A DNA stretch of 64,000 nucleotides, from the IMG/VR virus record IMGVR_UViG_3300022561_000008, positions 3,469 through 67,468 of that record; one strand, given 5' to 3'. Positions 61,121 to 64,000 of the stretch are shown here, piece by piece. The stretch's first letter is position 1, and every line of letters starts with the position of its first letter. Position numbers and translations under genes: made by a program. The DNA is from a virus. Taxonomy: Duplodnaviria; Caudoviricetes. Below the pieces are notes generated by a model. That model was given only the letters and a program-made list of their open reading frames with translations, had not been told where the DNA came from and did not search any database.

Positions 61121-61667
61121 CTGACTTAACCCCGTTTAGTGACGTGAAAATGATAGATGGCATAGTTGCCTCGCCATATTTCTTATAAATTGCATTTGCC
61201 TGTGTTCTGATCAATCGCTTATCGGTGATAGATAACGTTCCGCTTGCCTCTTGGTGAGACCATCCGTTATCGCTATCTTTTGCGCCCTGTACTTGCGAGG
61301 GAGAATTAACTCCGTACATTAAGGCATCCGCAAAAGCTAGCTCTCTGGTTTGTGTAGATAAAGTAGAAACATCTAATCCAATCGCTAATCCACGATCAAC
61401 TCTGATTTTCATCAAGGCAGCATCAGGTAACAAGTACCCGACACTAGCCTTTAGATACGCTTCGAGCGTAACGATGAAAACAGCAGAAATTACGACATCG
61501 CTGTCGGGAGCTTCAAAAACGTACGGGTTTGCAACGATGACTTCTTCGCCTCGTAGGAAATAACTGAATGAGGAGGTAGACGCGGTTAGCGTTACTTCAT
61601 CCCCCATACTGTGCGTCCCTGCGCCTGTGACTACTCCATCACCTATAACTGTAACCTGTACGTTCAT
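61101..61667 (-). CDS. Head-tail adaptor with N-terminal Ig-like (InlB B-repeat-like) domain
   Basis: GDGVVTGAG..GDEVTLTA..NPYVF repeat followed by adaptor motif ADALMY..DSDNGWSH. Confidence 0.65.
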   Translation of the reverse strand: MNVQVTVIGDGVVTGAGTHSMGDEVTLTASTSSFSYFLRGEEVIVANPYVFEAPDSDVVISAVFIVTLEAYLKASVGYLLPDAALMKIRVDRGLAIGLDVSTLSTQTRELAFADALMYGVNSPSQVQGAKDSDNGWSHQEASGTLSITDKRLIRTQANAIYKKYGEATMPSIIFTSLNGVKSDAQARY

Positions 61668-61673
61668 ATCGGC

Positions 61674-61781
61674 TTATTTATTAGGCATCATTTTACCAGT
61701 CATTTTCTTACCCATATTTGGCATCATGTGCTTCGTATCGGTGGATGGCTTTGATGCGGATTTCCCTTTTGACTTTGCCAT
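61674..61781 (-). CDS. 35-aa Lys/Met-rich peptide
   Basis: MAKSKGKSASKPSTDTKHMMPNMGKKMTGKMMPNK*, fills the gap after the capsid gene. Confidence 0.5.
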   Translation of the reverse strand: MAKSKGKSASKPSTDTKHMMPNMGKKMTGKMMPNK

Positions 61782-61783
61782 GA

Positions 61784-62929
61784 TTATGCAGCAGAAGTGA
61801 TGTCAAGCATCATGATCTCATTCGGGTTGTTCAGAACCGGAATGCCAGTGAACTCAGCGATGAATTCCATTACCTTATGCTTAGCTGATACAGTCTGAAG
61901 GATAGTAATTCTACCATCTTCGTAAGTGTAAACAGGTTCGGCAGGATTGTTGAATGAAATTGGAAGAGCAGACTCAACCGATCCGCAAACTCCGGCAGCA
62001 CGTAAAACTACAACACCATCTGCGAAAGCCTTCAAAGCTGTATTTACAGTCTTGCGAGTTGCTACGTCAAATGTCTGAACGAAAGAAATCTCATCAACAA
62101 CTTCGATAGGAGGCAATCCACGACCAAGAAGGTATTGGCGTACATTATCCTGAGTTACAAAGTAAGTAGAAACGTTTGCAGCCGCGATACCTCCATTGGT
62201 AAGCTGGATTGCAGTGTTATTTCTTACTGTTGCATGTTGCCAGATAATATCCCAGGTTGCCTGATTCATGCGAAGTACGCCATAAGGTTTGAAATTGTCC
62301 TTAGCGTATTTAACCAATGTGACTAAATCAGCAATAATGTCGGCAGTTGGGTCAGACCAAACTTTCACTACTTTCTTTTTATTGGCAGCAGGAACGTTGA
62401 AGTCAAATTCCAAAGCGTGAATACCATCAGGGTTGTTGGTTGCGTTGGTAACGAACTTTCCGGTAGATTCAATCTGGAAAGCCATGTAATTCAACTGACT
62501 GTGCATACCGCGTAATAGTTTGTCGGTATCGGTAGAGATGATTTTATATAAATCTTCCCAACGCGGAACTACGCCGGAGTAGTTGGTAACTAACTGAGCC
62601 TGTTGAATGAAAGACTCCTCATTGAACTGAATTGCATGACCCATACGAGGCATTTTGCCAGTAGAAAGAGAGAAGCTGGAAGGAGCGCGAAGTGGCTTGT
62701 CTGCGTCAAACTCGATGATGGTAGCTTTAGGAGCAACTAAAGAAGTACCCTGAAGCTGAGTGTAAGTGAAGCCTACTTTTGGAATACCCCAATCAAATGC
62801 GGATTTCCAAGAAGCGTTATCGTAGCGGTTTGCGAAGGCAGAATCAATAAATGTCTGCATAGAATCGAAACCATATTGACCCAATGCGCCATTGACTAGG
62901 TCGTAATAGCTTTTGTAATTTGTTTGCAT
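61784..62929 (-). CDS. Major capsid protein (HK97 fold, lambda gpE-like)
   Basis: 381 aa, FDADKPLR..GKMPRMGH, DPTADIIADL, GLPPIEVVD, IPVLNNP. Confidence 0.85.
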   Translation of the reverse strand: MQTNYKSYYDLVNGALGQYGFDSMQTFIDSAFANRYDNASWKSAFDWGIPKVGFTYTQLQGTSLVAPKATIIEFDADKPLRAPSSFSLSTGKMPRMGHAIQFNEESFIQQAQLVTNYSGVVPRWEDLYKIISTDTDKLLRGMHSQLNYMAFQIESTGKFVTNATNNPDGIHALEFDFNVPAANKKKVVKVWSDPTADIIADLVTLVKYAKDNFKPYGVLRMNQATWDIIWQHATVRNNTAIQLTNGGIAAANVSTYFVTQDNVRQYLLGRGLPPIEVVDEISFVQTFDVATRKTVNTALKAFADGVVVLRAAGVCGSVESALPISFNNPAEPVYTYEDGRITILQTVSAKHKVMEFIAEFTGIPVLNNPNEIMMLDITSAA

Positions 62930-62937
62930 GGTATGGT

Positions 62938-63573
62938 TTAGATTATATTGTCAAAATAAATATCGGTATTCAACCGGATGTTCGTCTTCACGATAGCAGG
63001 AAGATAAGGAATCCTTTTCTCAAAAACATAACCCTTAAATACAGGTGATGCAGTTGCAATCGTATCTCCGCTTTCAATCAAAATCTGACTGTAAGTAAGG
63101 TGAGTAGGAATACAATAAAGAGACTGTGCTCCCTGAGCTGTTGCGGATGCTGAAAGCGCAAGGAAAGTACCGACTGCTACTGTGTCAATCGCTGCGGTTG
63201 CTACGGTGATGGTAGATTCACCAGCTACGCTATTGTCAACTGTGGGTACGGTAAATGCTTTGCCTGTTCCGGCAAGAGTTGAAGGCATTACCATGATAAT
63301 CTTTCCGGCTTTCAGCTCGTGAAGTCCATCAGCATTATACACAGTGATTATAGTATCAGTAGATACCACAGACGTTGCTTTTACCTTCCATATAGGAAGA
63401 ATCTTAACGCCATTTGCAGCTTCTAAACTGCAAGGAGAACCCGATGGATAGTTGTATCCTTCTGCGAATGTGTTGAGCAGTTTACCTACTCCAACTACAC
63501 GCTCAGGAATACCCTTCCAAACCGGAAATCCAGAATCGTAAGTGGCCGTTCTGCGACCAAAAGTGTTTCCCAT
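62938..63573 (-). CDS. Head decoration/cement protein
   Basis: Between scaffold and capsid; PSGSP, VFEKRIPYLP. Confidence 0.65.
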   Translation of the reverse strand: MGNTFGRRTATYDSGFPVWKGIPERVVGVGKLLNTFAEGYNYPSGSPCSLEAANGVKILPIWKVKATSVVSTDTIITVYNADGLHELKAGKIIMVMPSTLAGTGKAFTVPTVDNSVAGESTITVATAAIDTVAVGTFLALSASATAQGAQSLYCIPTHLTYSQILIESGDTIATASPVFKGYVFEKRIPYLPAIVKTNIRLNTDIYFDNII

Positions 63574-63631
63574 TTTTTAAAAATTAAATTTCGTACATTA
63601 AAAATTTCTTCTGTGTTCGGCGGTGTTTTAC

Positions 63632-64000
63632 TTACGCCTTTGGCTTTCCTAAGAACTTATCCACCAACTCGACACCTTTCTTCTGAGCCGCCTCTACCGT
63701 AGCTTTATCGCCTAATGCTGGAATGATTGGAACTGCGCCATCTTTCGAGTATGAGGATTGCATCCTATTATACTCTTTGATTGCCAATTGAGATGCCTGA
63801 TCTTCTGTCATGCCCTCGTCGATATTAATCAGTCGCATTGCATCATTCAACATCTCTTTGTTGGTCGCTCCACTTTCTCCGGCTTTCTTCTTTGCATTAG
63901 AGATAAGCTCCTGTTTCGTGGTGGCTTTGCGCTGTTCTGCATCTTTCGCCTTTAAATCAGAAACTTCCTGCAATAGAGTTTTCGCCCATGCTGGGGTTTC
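63632..64000 (-). CDS. Capsid scaffolding protein, C-terminal part (5' partial)
   Basis: Frame open to the window edge; ETPAWAKTLL motif, helical, upstream of head genes. Confidence 0.65.
   Translation of the reverse strand, partial: ETPAWAKTLLQEVSDLKAKDAEQRKATTKQELISNAKKKAGESGATNKEMLNDAMRLINIDEGMTEDQASQLAIKEYNRMQSSYSKDGAVPIIPALGDKATVEAAQKKGVELVDKFLGKPKA

Overview
A 64-kb slice of a tailed dsDNA phage (siphovirus architecture, HK97/lambda-type capsid, 1668-aa tape measure). The host is almost certainly a Bacteroidota member, based on recurring TAnnTTTG -7 promoters, A-rich start contexts without Shine-Dalgarno, and DUF3127, DUF4494 and Fib_succ_major family proteins. Layout: probable portal C-terminus at the left edge; a leftward arm (1-14.9 kb) with phosphoesterases, tRNA-Thr(UGU), HNH-AP2 endonucleases, SSB-like protein and P4-type SF3 helicase; a non-coding gap plus an isolated terS (14.9-16.4 kb); a rightward early/recombination arm (16.5-36.6 kb) with many small ORFs, YqaJ nuclease, SF2 helicase, SMC-like ATPase, VRR-NUC, DnaQ exonuclease and a tyrosine integrase; and a leftward late arm (64-36.7 kb) with head, tail, receptor-binding and lysis genes and an uncharacterised post-lysis cassette. 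Standard genetic code; no CRISPR array, rRNA or reverse transcriptase seen. Best unexplained signals: (1) about 39 same-strand CGAAC(R)(R) motifs packed into 4.4 kb around a perfect (AAT)26 tract; (2) three sequence-unrelated 5' leaders sharing one pseudoknot architecture; (3) a pseudoknotted RNA trailing the tRNA; (4) a post-lysis cassette centred on a Gly-rich/coiled-coil/Cys-cluster protein. Family assignments are from motif recognition by eye, not database searches.
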